A DNA stretch of 64,000 bases, taken from the NCBI RefSeq assembly GCF_032191835.1, contig NC_083235.1, positions 18,104,001-18,168,000 on the forward strand, read 5' to 3'. Numbering within the stretch: the stretch's first letter is position 1; every line of letters begins with the position of its first letter. The position numbers and the translations under genes were made by a program. Shown here piece by piece: positions 9,763 through 21,822 of this stretch. The DNA comes from Heteronotia binoei (lineage: Eukaryota). The notes below the pieces were generated by a model that was not told the origin of the DNA, searched no databases, and saw nothing but the letters and a program-made list of their open reading frames with translations.

Positions 9763-12041
9763 CTATCTAGATATTTAAGATATCTAGAGAAATGTCCTCA
9801 TTAACTAGTTCAATCTGAAGTGATGCAACTTCAAGTTTACAATTTGAGCTTCTGCTCTCCTTGTCATGGCTAATTGTCTCCATGGGATGTTGTCTTCTGG
9901 GCTCCCAAAGACAATTATGATCTTCAGGATGGAATCTTTTAAAATGTTCATGGATAGACTATAACTGCTTTGGTGAAACCATTCTAGATTTTGCATGCTG
10001 CAATGAAAGAGAAGATAAAGTGAGTCATGAGGTATCTTCATTTTTTCAAATTCCAGAATATAAAACCCATTCACATTTTTTTCAGAACCTATTCTAGAGT
10101 GTTTGAGTTCATTCACAGTTGCATTGGATGGATTTGCAAAAAAACTATTAACATTCCATGTTAGGAGTGGTCCTTGAAAGGGGATTAAATATTGAACCAT
10201 GAGCAAAGGAGGTGTAGTTCCACTGAGCTATACTTTTTATTTTTTTCATGAGAAAGACGTTAAGCTATGGCCCAGTTTCTAGTGGAACATGAGAAAAGTG
10301 CAGCTGCATCCCTAACACCACCAGTCAAAATGATCTGGTGGTAGGTGATCGGAAAGACTTTTGGCAATTAACCCAAAGAGGACAACACTAACCTTGACAG
10401 ACTCTCAGGCAGCTTCGCATTGTTATGCTCTTAATTTGTGGATGTGAGACGGATTTAAGAGGTGTCATGTATTTGACGGAGACACCGATTCCCAGATCTT
10501 TGGTTATCATCGAATTCCTACTGTGGTTCTTATTCCTCCATCTAATACATGACAACATACAGAGAAACTCGTACATTATCTTTTGGTATGAACCTTTCCC
10601 CCCCAGAAAATTATACAAACACTTGGGGATAATAATCGAGTGTTTTGTGTCATATTCACTCTTGCTGAGAAATGTTAACTAAACTTAATGGATATGAAGG
10701 AAACACTTTCTCCTCAGTTAGTTTTTAAAAAGTTGTTATAGAAGTATAAGGGGAGAGTGGACTTGGAGATACAAACCCATAGCTATACAGTTTTTTCCTT
10801 GGGAAGAAACCTCACTAAATACAATGGGTCTTCTTTGTTTCCAGCAAGTGTGAGAAGGATCACAACACAAAATCCCATCTGCACCTCAAAGAAAACCCTG
10901 TTGAACTGAGCGGGACTTAAGTAAGATTGAACGGCATCTATAGATTCAATGTAGAACTTCTAGTGTGGTTGGAAAATCATTATGTTAATGTTTGTATTAT
11001 AATGATGGAGAGTGGGAAGATTGAATGTTATCACAAAGAAAGCATTCGGCAGGGGAAACAGTACAGATGTCTTTGAGGTTTATTAAATGAAACAAGATCT
11101 GTAATGTGGACTTCCATCGTGAACATCTGAATGGCTTTGTCTCCAAACCAAGCTGCTACTTCAGTTGCATCTAGATCAAGCCCACGGCACTAGATGACTG
11201 GAAACGCCCATTGCTTGTACATAGATGATTAACCAAAGGGGAAAGCACAGCCCAACCTATGAGTTCTGCAGTACTAGAACAAATTTCCACCTATTTCAGT
11301 ATTCTGTTTCCAGTAGTGGCTAGCAAAAACTAACTTACCTTTTCAGGAAGGACAGAACCAGATAAAGACTTGGAAGCGATTGGATACACTTCAGAGATAA
11401 ATTCAAAATTTTTGGAAGTGTCTGCTCCAGGGCTGGTGTCCAGATCTTCAGACCATGAGACTTTGTTACGTGTCATAGCTAATACTTATGGATAGATCCG
11501 TTCTATATGTTCTACACCCCTGTTAAAAATTATCCTCTTTCTCTGCTTCTGAAATTTCAGGAGTTCCTGTCAGAGAAGCTGATTTCCTTTTGCCCTAAGA
11601 GGGTACCAGCCTTGCTATCATAGAATATTGGCCCTATTGTGGTTCTACAAGACTTGGGGTTTCCTTCCCCCTCCCGTACCCTTACAGCTATTCACATGAG
11701 TGTGTTCCACTACTGTATGAGTTTTTCTTTGACCTGGCACTTTGGTGCAAACTGTTGCAGGGATAGCGCTGTGGTGAAACTCCATCATAAAAGGACTGCA
11801 GAATGTTTCTGTCAATCTTCAAAACCAACAAGGTCAGTGGTTTCGTTATAATAATCAAATGTCAACAGTATTTAGAAATAGACATCGAAAACATGTGAAT
11901 ATCCAGAGGAATCTTAGGATAGGGGGATGTAGTCAAATTGGACACTTTGGACTGTCTGATCCAAGTGCTGTGGAAAGAGACTTCATCTCTGCTCTTGGTG
12001 GATGCCTGTTTCTTCAGGTTGACCAGTGTGGGGAACAGCCT

Positions 12042-12175
12042 TAGAATCATAGAATTGGAAGGGACTTCCAGGGTCATCTAGTTCACCGTCCAACCCCATG
12101 CAAAATTCAGGAAATTCACAAATGCCTTTCCCACACACCCCCAGTGACACCTGCTCCGTGGCCAGACTCATGCCC
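12042..12175 (-). mobile_element. CR1 3' end fragment (copies at ~29517, ~36611, ~63675)
   Basis: tagaatcatagaattggaagggac tail is the reverse of the CR1 (ATTCT/ATGATTCT) terminus. Confidence 0.7.
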
Positions 12176-14030
12176 AGTCTTGATCAAAAGCTTAGTAAAT
12201 GTTTTGATGCGGAGCAAGAGACCAAGAAAGAGCTGCCAAGTTAGCTGCTAAGTTTCCCTGAAGCCAGGGCAGAAGGGCACAAGATCAGTGAACCCATTGG
12301 TTAGGCTATCGGGGTGCTAGCTCTCATCTACCTATAACAATTCATTATTAATAATCAGTTAAAATAATTAATGAAGCCTTCATTAATCCAGTTGTGGTGT
12401 TTAAGTCTTTCTTTTGTGGTAGGGGATCCATTAGTTTGCAATGCGGTCATGAAAAACAGATAAGTGCAAGTGTGCAAAATCGCTAAATATCATGTGTTGC
12501 TTTCTGCTCAAATTCGTGTTCGTTACATCAGTAATGCTGTCCAGTCATCTCAACTTTTGCTGTCCCCTTCTTCTTTTGCCTTCTGTCTTTCCCAGCATCA
12601 GGAACTTCTCCAGTGACTACTCCCTTCTCATTTGATGGTCAAAATATTCGAGCTTCAGCATCTGGCCTTCCAGGGAAATGTCAGGGTTCATTACCCTTAG
12701 GACTGACTGATTTGATCATCTTGCAGTCCAAGGGACTCTCAAGATTCTTCTCCAGCACCACTGCTCGAAAGCATTTATTCTTCTGCTCTAGGGCTTCCTT
12801 ATGGTCCAACTCTCACAGTCACAACAACTCACAAATACTGCCCCCCCCCCCTAAATTCACACAATCTTCATTGCTTTCAGATGGCCACCTAGCCTCTGTT
12901 TAAAAACCTCCACGGAAGTAAACCAGGGCTTCACACGCACAAACGCACACACACAAATAAAGATATTATACAATAATGATGTTAGCACCAGTCTTCTTAT
13001 CACCCTTAGAAGGAATGCACACAACATGGTCTTCTCAGATGAGCAGGCTGCCCAGAACTCTAACCAAATGAGTTGCCCATCAGTAATTAAGAAAACATAT
13101 TTCTCTTTGACATGTGAGCCAAAAAGCAGAAATGTATGCTAGTATGAATTCACTTTATTACTCTGTTATACACAGATGCACATAGCCACACATGAACAAA
13201 ACAAAACTAGGAAATAAAACCCAAAAGGTAGATGCAAAACAAAATACCGAATTATGAGGGGAAAGGAAATAAAGAATATGTTGACAGGGATGGTCACAAA
13301 CCAACTCACAAATGAAAAGTTCATTGTGAATTTCGGGCAGTTCATGGTTCATGAAGCAATGATTGCAAACTGAAGAGCTCGGCCCTCTTTTTTACATCTA
13401 GCTGGTTAATATTGAATCAATAAAAGGGGCTAATAAATGCTTCCATAAAGAAGTATGGGAGATGAGGTAACTATTGCATACTAACTTGTGTTTTTCAGAG
13501 CACTGTGAAAATAGGATTTACAGTCTCCAAAAATTTTTAAAGAATTCTAAATGTTTAAAGTAGTTAAAAAGTCAATTTGGGTAAACTGGTAATAAGACAG
13601 GCTACACAAACATTTTGTAATCTTAAATCTGCTCCTGATATTTCTGACAAGAGAAACTGTCTTTAACAAAATAGATAAATCACTGTGGTTTCTGTTTTTG
13701 CTTCCTCTCTCTGCTAAAAATAAGTAAATTAATATTAATGATACAGGAACTATATTTACCTTTTATGCTTATGTTAACTGCTAATATTGTTAAACCAATT
13801 AGTTAGCTTTTATTTTTAATGATGTTAAAATTAACCAGTCAGCTCTGTTTCAGAGTTGGTTCTTCTGCTTTTCTCATTTGTATGTACTTAAGATGAAAAG
13901 TTTAGATTTATATTATAAGCTACAGAATAGTTAAAAGTATATAACAAAATAAGTGGACTGTAAAGGGCTATAATGGGTAAAATTGTAAGGCTTTCAGGTA
14001 GAAAGAATTTGGTATTTTGTCTTGAGGTAT

Positions 14031-14758
14031 ATTTCGGCCCCTTAGGGCAAGGGCCACGTTTGCCTCCCCGGAAGAAGGGGAGGCCAACAAGCTTACCCGC
14101 CCATCCGGGGAGCTGGTGGGGGCGGAACGCCAGGGCTTGTAAGCCCTGGTTCCGCCCCAAACAATGCAGCTCCATTTCGGGTCTAGGCCCACCCTCCCAC
14201 CCTTTAATAGTACAGGCTTTGCCGGTCGCCGTGTTGTCGGGGCCAGCTAGGAATTTTTTCATCTCAATCGATTGGCCATGATTGGGGTGTTTTTCACCTA
14301 CCTTGTACTGTTTGGATTTTGGAGGTGGAATTATCTGGGTTTTAAGTTATTGCTCACTTGGCTGGAGTTGGCTAGGGCTTTTAAGAGCTTCGGTGAGCAC
14401 CCCTGGCTTACCCCATTTTGATGGGTAAGTGGTGGGCTGAAACGGCAGCTGGGCTGTACGGCTCTCTGCGGTAAGAGACTGCCACACGGTTCCCTCCTCT
14501 GTATGCACTAGTTTGTTTACGGCTGGGCATGGACAGGGAGGGCATTCACGCCAGGCAGGCCCAACATTAGCCATAGTGAATGGCTCAGGTTGGGGGCAGG
14601 GTGCTTCGCCATTACTGGACAGGGAAGGGTCATGGGTTTCCCTTGGCCTGTCCTGTTAGTTCAGTTTGCCCCATGCCGGTTGATGCAAGTTAATAAAGTG
14701 GTCCTGTTTATACCCAGATTATGTTTGTTGCCTCGTTATTCCGACTGGGGGGGGGGGC
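14031..14758 (+). mobile_element. Ngaro-related solo A-spacer-B terminal remnant (copy 1)
   Basis: Colinear with the reverse complement of 43051-43779: starts atttcggcccc, contains gtttgcctccccgga and taatagtacaggct...ccggtcgcc, ends cgttattccgactggggggggggc(aa). No ORFs. Confidence 0.75.
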
Positions 14759-15131
14759 AAATACTGCTTCTCTTTGTATTTTTGTTTATGTTTTTCTATT
14801 TTGTTTCCCTTCACTTTTTTGCTTCTGTAACCCTGCATTTCCTATCCTTTTTATATTCAAACTTAATAAAATTTTAAAACAAATTTCCACAAATTTTAAA
14901 GCAGTTTGTGGGGGTTTATGAAGAGCAGAAAATGGCAGTAAGCCATTTAAACCTCTGCTTTTTTGCTCTTTACAAAAACTGGGGTTAAAATTGCTCCAAG
15001 CCATTTAACCTCCAGCTTTCTCCTCCACACAAAAATGACCCCTAAGTAGGACGATTCCAGAACCCCATCCTGGTCTTGCAAAAGAGAATTTACTTGATAT
15101 ACTTTTCACTTTAAAAAAAATTAAGTGAATG

Positions 15132-15490
15132 CTCGCGCCAATGGGCTTAACATGTTGATAACGAGCGTCTTCACACTTCTGTTCCCCTTTGCCTTCATCC
15201 TGCTGACCTATGGGCGCATTGGTCTAGCTGTCCTGCACATTCACTCAGCTGAAGGCCGGGGCAAAGCTTTATCCACTTGTGGCTCTCATCTGGATTCCGT
15301 GGGCATCTTCTATAGCACCGCCATGGCTGCATACCTGAGGGCTCAGGACAAGACTTTCAGACAGGGAAAAAGTAGTGTCTATCTTTTATGGGTTGTGACC
15401 CCAATGCTCAACCCCTTCATCTACAGCCTGAGGAACAGGGATGTGAAGGGAGCCTTTTGGAGGCTGATTGGGAGGGAAACATAGAAGTAA
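15132..15490 (+). pseudogene. 5'-truncated OR pseudogene fragment (TM5 to end, OR-A type), copy 1
   Basis: Homology to OR-A starts at ctc..gccaatgggc; 2-nt deletion ttca(ca)gacagg frameshifts TM7; GAG>TAG near the end. Confidence 0.92.
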
Positions 15491-18400
15491 ACCACTTGTG
15501 GACTCATTGTCTATACCAAGGGTGGCCAAACATACTTCTCATAAGAGCCACACTGAATAAACCTCAGATGTTTGAGAGCCACAAAACATGAACATCAGAT
15601 GTTTGTGAGTCACAAGACAGGAAGGAAGGAGGGAGGAAGAGAGAGATGGAAAGAAAGGAACTTTAAGTTTAAATGCATTCTCCAAGCCACCAGCTGCCTT
15701 GGCTTGGAGGAGTGATTTAAAGAGAGAAATGCCTTCTACAAACTAACTGATGGGGCAGTGGGGGCTTCGAGAGCCACACAATATGCGTGAAATAGCCACA
15801 TGTGGCTCTCGAGCCACAGTTCAGCTACCCTGGTCTATACTGATATCCTCTTAGAATGAATATGTCTAGCCATGTTTCTGTGTGTGACTTTAATGAACAT
15901 GGTATGTTATTAATATCACGTTATCAGTGTACATTAATTTTTGCATAATAAATATATACATGAATGAAGCAGATAGGTTTCCTTCTTTTTCTTGGTTGAA
16001 AGGCAAAATCCAATTTGTTGTCAGTGCTTGCAATAACTTTGCTGACACTGAATTCAGAGGTATTGCAAGGGCAAAAGGTACCCTTTGGGGAGGAAGCAGG
16101 ATGTGTGTGTGTGCAGATGAACTCTGATTCATGAATTTCTGGCTTGGAGTGCATGCTCACAAGCCCTCTGCTTCTTCTCAAAAGGACTCAATGGGATCCT
16201 TTAAATGCTTTCAAGAAGAAGCGAGGATAGCACCCGCCCCTCTCCCTCCAGCAGGATCCAAAGGGCTCTCTAGATGACCAATGGGCTACATGCTCCCTGT
16301 CTATCAACTGAAGGACCCCTCACATCTTGCCGGAGGGGAGGGAGAGGAGCAGCCGCAGGTGGTCAGGGTTGGGGGCAGGACTTCTCCCCACATGACAGCC
16401 GACTGGAGGTGCATTGGAGCCCCCAACACCAGGGGAACCCCACTGGGAGTAGAAGGATGGTAATCCTAGGAAGGCCTAGGCCTCTGCCCTGTTGTTGGCT
16501 CTCCAGACGAACTGGCTGGCCACTGTGTGAGACAAGATGCTGGACTAGATGGCCCACTGGTCTGATCCAGCAGGGCTCTTCTGATGTCCTTATGAAGGCC
16601 TTGACCTTCAACACTTCATCATTCTGATGTTCTTATGGAGGCTTTGCCCTTCATCACTTTATCAAAGTGTTGGTCCTGTGTGAATTTCTGCTGATGGGAG
16701 GGGGGTTTCATGCCCTTCTCCCACTGAAGCCTTCCAGTTCCTCCCCTGTGTTCCTGGAGGTTCCCTGTCCATGAGGAAAAGTGCTGAAATGTTATTGGGA
16801 ATTATAATTCTAGGAGGGAAAGAAGATGAAGATAATAGCCTGATAATAACAATCTGGGGGTGGGGGGAGGGGGGAGAAGGCATGCTAAAAAAGGCATTTC
16901 AAGCCAGGAACTGGAGTAAATCCCTTTACCAACTTTTGGATTTTTAAGATATCTAAAGAAATGTTCTCATTAACTAGTTCAATCTGAAGTGATGCAACGT
17001 CAAGTTTACAATTTGAGCTTCTGCTCTCCTTGTCATGGCTAATTGTCTCCATGGGATGTTGTCTTCTGGGCTCCCAAAGACAATTATGATCTTCAGGATG
17101 GAATCTTTTAAAATGTTCATGGATAGACTATAACTGCTTTGGTGAAACCATTCTAGATTTTGCATGCTGCAATGAAAGAGAAGATAAAGTGAGTCATGAG
17201 GTATCTTCATTTTTTCAAATTCCAGAATATAAAACCCATTCACATTTTTTTCAGAACCTATTCTAGAGTGTTTGAGTTCATTCACAGTTGCATTGGATGG
17301 ATTTGCAAAAAAACTATTAACATTCCATGTTAGGAGTGGTCCTTGAAAGGGGATTAAATATTGAACCATGAGCAAAGGAGGTGTAGTTCCACTGAGCTAT
17401 ACTTTTTATTTTTTTCATGAGAAAGACGTTAAGCTATGGCCCAGTTTCTAGTGGAACATGAGAAAAGTGCAGCTGCATCCCTAACACCACCAGTCAAAAT
17501 GATCTGGTGGTAGGAGATCGGAAAGACTTTTGGCAATTAACCCAAAGAGGACAACACTAACCTTGACAGACTCTCAGGCAGCTTCGCATTGTTATGCTCT
17601 TAATTTGTGGATGTGAGACGGATTTAAGAGGTGTCATGTATTTGACGGAGACACCGATTCCCAGATCTTTGGTTATCATCGAATTCCTACTGTGGTTCTT
17701 ATTCCTCCATCTAATACATGACAACATACAGAGAAACTCGTACATTATCTTTTGGTATGAACCTTTCCCCCCCAGAAAATTATACAAACACTTGGGGATA
17801 ATAATCGAGTGTTTTGTGTCATATTCACTCTTGCTGAGATATGTTAACTAAACTTAATGGATATGAAGGAAACACTTTCTCCTCAGTTAGTTTTTAAAAA
17901 GTTGTTATAGAAGTATAAGGGGAGAGTGGACTTGGAGATACAAACCCATAGCTATACAGTTTTTTCCTTGGGAAGAAACCTCACTAAAGACAATGGGTCT
18001 TCTTTGTTTCCAGCAAGTGTGAGAAGGATCACAACACAAAATCCCATCTGCACCTCAAAGAAAACCCTGTTGAACTGAGCGGGACTTAAGTAAGATTGAA
18101 CGGCATCTATAGATTCAATGTAGAACTTCTAGTGTGGTTGGAAAATCATTATGTTAATGTTTGTATTATAGTGATGGAGAGTGGGAAGATTGAATGTTAT
18201 CACAAAAAAAGCATTCGGCAGGGGAAACAGTACAGATGTCTTTGAGGTTTATTAAATGAAACAAGATCTGTAATGTGGACTTCCATCGTGAACATCTGAA
18301 TGGCTTTGTCTCCAAACCAAGCTGCTACTTCAGTTGCATCTAGATCAAGCCCACGGCACTAGATGACTGGAAACGCCCATTGCTTGCACATAGATGATTA

Positions 18401-20283
18401 ACCAAAGGGGAAAGCACAGCCCAACCTATGAGTTCTGCAGTACTAGAACAAATTTCCACCTATTTCAGTATTCTGTTTCCAGTAGTGGCTAGCAAAAACT
18501 AACTTACCTTTTCAGGAAGGACAGAACCAGATAAAGACTTGGAAGCGATTGGATACACTTCAGAGATAAATTCAAAATTTTTGGAAGTTTCTGCTCCAGG
18601 GCTGGTGTCCAGATCTTCAGACCATGAGACTTTGTTACATGTCATAGCTAATACTTATGGATAGATCCATTCTATATGTTCTACACCCCTGTTAAAAATT
18701 ATCCTCTTTCTCTGCTTCTGAAATTTCAGGAGTTCCTGTCAGAGAAGCTGATTTCCTTTTGCCCTAAGAGGGTACCAGCCTTGCTATCATAGAATATTGG
18801 ACCTATTGTGGTTCTACAAGACTTGGGGTTTCCTTCCCCCTCCCCCACCCTTACAGCTATTCACATGAATGTGTTCCACTACTGTATGAGTTTTTCTTTG
18901 ACCTGGCACTTTGGTGCAAACAGTTGCAGGGATAGTGCTGTGGTGAAACTCCATCATAAAAGGACTGCAGAATGTTTCTGTCAATCTTCACAACCGACAA
19001 GGTCAGTGGTTTCTTTATAATAATCAAATGTCAACAGTATTTAGAAAGAGACATCGAAAACATGTAAATATCCAGAGGAATCTTAGGATAAGGGTGTGTA
19101 GTCAAATTGGACACTTTGGACTGTCTGATCCAAGTGCTGTGGAAAGAGACTTCCTCTCTGCTCTTGGTGGATGCCTGTATCTTAAGGTTGACCAGTGTGG
19201 GGAACAGAATTAGAAATCAAAAGTGGTTGCAGATGATTGGAAGAGATGCATGGATATTGTGAGGCAGAGTCCAGTTCTGAGATTTATCTCTTGAAAGGAG
19301 CCATGTAGATATTCCTGTTTAGGATTCTAGTGGGTTCTTTTTAAAAACAAACAAACAAACAAACCTGTGTCTTCTATCACCCATTACATTTAGATTTTGC
19401 TGAAAGATAAATTAATTGAATCATCTCAAAGGCTGAGAAGAACAGGGCTCTTTCTTGACCTCCATCCCAGTACTTACGTTGTATGTCTCACAAAGGATCG
19501 GATATACAGATCTTCTGCTAGTAGTATTATCTGCTTTGGGTTTTTCAAATACCCACAGTTCAAGCCAGTATTTTCACAAGTCTTTCAATGCAAACATCCG
19601 CAGTCTGTTACCATACAGAATGCTGCCAACTGTTCATGAAAGATGACTGAAATTGCTGCTCTTTTTGTGAACACAGACTTTATACAATCATATGAGAGTC
19701 TCAACTCAAGAGTATTTATGCCATTAAAGCTTCTGAATCTGAATCAGCGCAGGAGGAAACGGGTAGAGTAAGCAAGGTAAGCAAACCATTGCAAAGTAAA
19801 CCACTGCAAACCATTGCAAAGCAAAGTTTATTTTCAATGATTTACAATTATTGCTATACATTTTGTTCTACAGTTTTCAACAAGATGTTATTTAGTGGCT
19901 GACATACAATAATGTGATGCACGATTTGAGGCCCAGAGAGAATTCAGTTCAATCCTCAGTTTGACCTCACTCATGCAGTTATTGTGAGAATGAAATGAGG
20001 GAGTAGAAAACTATGTGTGTTATTCTAAATGCCTTGGAGGAATCGATGTATAGAAACATAGTAGGTAGATATTCTTCAAGGTCAACTTACTTTTCAAGGA
20101 CAATTGCTGATGTTCCACAAATGGACTTCCGTTGCCTTTTCCTAACATTTCACTAGCCTTCTCTGATCTATTGTGCTACTATCTGAACCACAATTCAGAA
20201 GCCCAGAGAATATCCAAGATGTGCCGTGTCCCAAGAAGTATGTTTCTATTTCTTTTACAGGGAACAAAACAGGAAAGGACCAT

Positions 20284-21225
20284 ATGGGGGACAGCAACAC
20301 GACTGAGGTGAACGAGTTCATCTTGCTTGGGATTTCCGATCACCCCAGGGCTCAGGTGGTGATGTTTGTGGTTTTTCTCATCTTCTACCTCCTCACACTA
20401 TTCGGTAACAGCCTTCTCATTGCCCTAATCATTCTGAGTCCCCTTCTTCACACACCAATGTATTTCTTTCTTTGCAACCTCTCCTTCTTGGACATGTTCT
20501 ACACCACCAGCAGCATTCCTCAGATGCTGATTAACTGTTTCTTCCGCCGACCCACCATATCCTATACCCGATGCATAATTGGGATGTATGTCAGTCTCTT
20601 TCTCGGCATAGCAGAGTGTTTCTTGCTGGCTGTCATGGCGTATGACCGCTTTGCCGCCGTATGCAACCCTTTGCATTACACTGTCATAATGAGTTGGAAA
20701 GTTTGTATCCAGTTGGCTGCCTCGACTTGGGGCAGTGCCATTGTGATGACTCTGATCCCTCGGTTGCTTCAACCCACTCAGTTTTGTGGACACAACATCA
20801 TCAACCACTTCACTTGTGAGCTACAGGCATTCCTCAAGCTGGCTTGCTCAGATACACGTGTGGCTGAGATTGTCATCATGACCAACAGCTTTATTGTCCT
20901 TGTTGCGCCCTTCAGTTTCATCTTGGTGACCTATGGGCGCATTGCCCAGGCTGTGATGCGCATGCACTCAGCCAAGGGACGAGGCAAGGCTTTTTCAACC
21001 TGTGGGTCCCATCTGGTGGTGGTCAGCATCTTCTATGGATCAGCCCTCTCCATGTACTTGCGGCCTCAAGGCAAAACCATCTCTGACCTTGACAAAATTG
21101 TCTCCCTGTTTTATGGAGCGGTGACCCCAATGCTCAACCCTTTGATTTACAGCTTTAGAAATAAAGATGTGAAAGGAGCCTTTTGGAGACTACTTGGGAA
21201 GAAAATGAAGACTTTGCCCTCCTAA
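20284..21225 (+). CDS. OR-B: intact class II olfactory receptor, 313 aa
   Basis: NTT glycosylation site, LHTPMYFFLCNLS, MAYDRF, KAFSTCGSHL, PMLNPLIYSFRN; acceptor tcttttacAG at 20259-20260; candidate upstream donor AAG|GTAAGC at 19777. Confidence 0.96.
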   Translation: MGDSNTTEVNEFILLGISDHPRAQVVMFVVFLIFYLLTLFGNSLLIALIILSPLLHTPMYFFLCNLSFLDMFYTTSSIPQMLINCFFRRPTISYTRCIIGMYVSLFLGIAECFLLAVMAYDRFAAVCNPLHYTVIMSWKVCIQLAASTWGSAIVMTLIPRLLQPTQFCGHNIINHFTCELQAFLKLACSDTRVAEIVIMTNSFIVLVAPFSFILVTYGRIAQAVMRMHSAKGRGKAFSTCGSHLVVVSIFYGSALSMYLRPQGKTISDLDKIVSLFYGAVTPMLNPLIYSFRNKDVKGAFWRLLGKKMKTLPS

Positions 21226-21822
21226 CTGTACCTCCACATATAAGATGAAACAGAAGACCAGCAATGGCCACAGAGGCTCAACATCTAACCAAATGCCAAA
21301 TGTATCTGAGTGAGAGAATTCTCCTAACCCTTTCCTGGCCAGATCCTCTGGCATGCAGAGTTATAATATCCAACAAATATGCTCTAGATACAACCTTGGG
21401 AGAAATCTGTCCAGAAATCACCTAAAGTCAAGCCTAATTTACCTATGAGTTTGTGTACTATTTTATGACTCACAATTCAGAAAACCCTTTGTAGGGGAGG
21501 GGGACTAATAGCCAGTGGTGGGGCCAGGGGATATCAACAAATCTTTGGGTTGACTTTTTATTATAAGTATGGTGTTGTTCAATGTTAGGTAAATTGTGAA
21601 ATATTATTTTACAGTAGCTAAAGGATCAGAGAGAGGGTTGCAGAAGCAGAGAACCCACACACATGAACACAGTTACTGCAAAGCGGTTTACTTTACTGGT
21701 ATCTAATTTTTAAAAATTGAGAGTAATTGGGCAGTGGATCAGATGGTTGTCTGTCAGGAGCTCAACTTTTCATCCTTAAAAACAAAATTTAAAAAAACCA
21801 ACAACATTATTGTCTACATGGC

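Larger units (their letters stand above)
12504..19207 (+). repeat. Tandem unit copy I (BovB piece, Ngaro remnant, half-OR, OR 3' flank, truncated upstream block)
   Basis: ORF-track offset of 10306-10307 to copy II (e.g. 13888 vs 24194); few SNPs; the preceding 9773-12503 is near-identical to 27250-29978. Confidence 0.92.

Noticed and set aside
9805-10206. 133-aa minus-strand ORF repeated at 16974 and 27280 (TWNVN resembles an endonuclease start; the C-half is faintly TIR-like)
   Set aside because: Recurrence reflects recent duplication only; it is broken by indels in the diverged copies (~34620, ~61700) and has no convincing motif. An HHpred search would settle it.
13810-13825. tttttaatga as the H/P-element 13-mer AACTTTTTAATGA
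   Set aside because: Only a partial match in very AT-rich sequence.
13888-14877. Cluster of 70-125 aa ORFs repeated three times
   Set aside because: They overlap the GC-rich non-coding Ngaro terminal repeats on both strands with no domain motifs.
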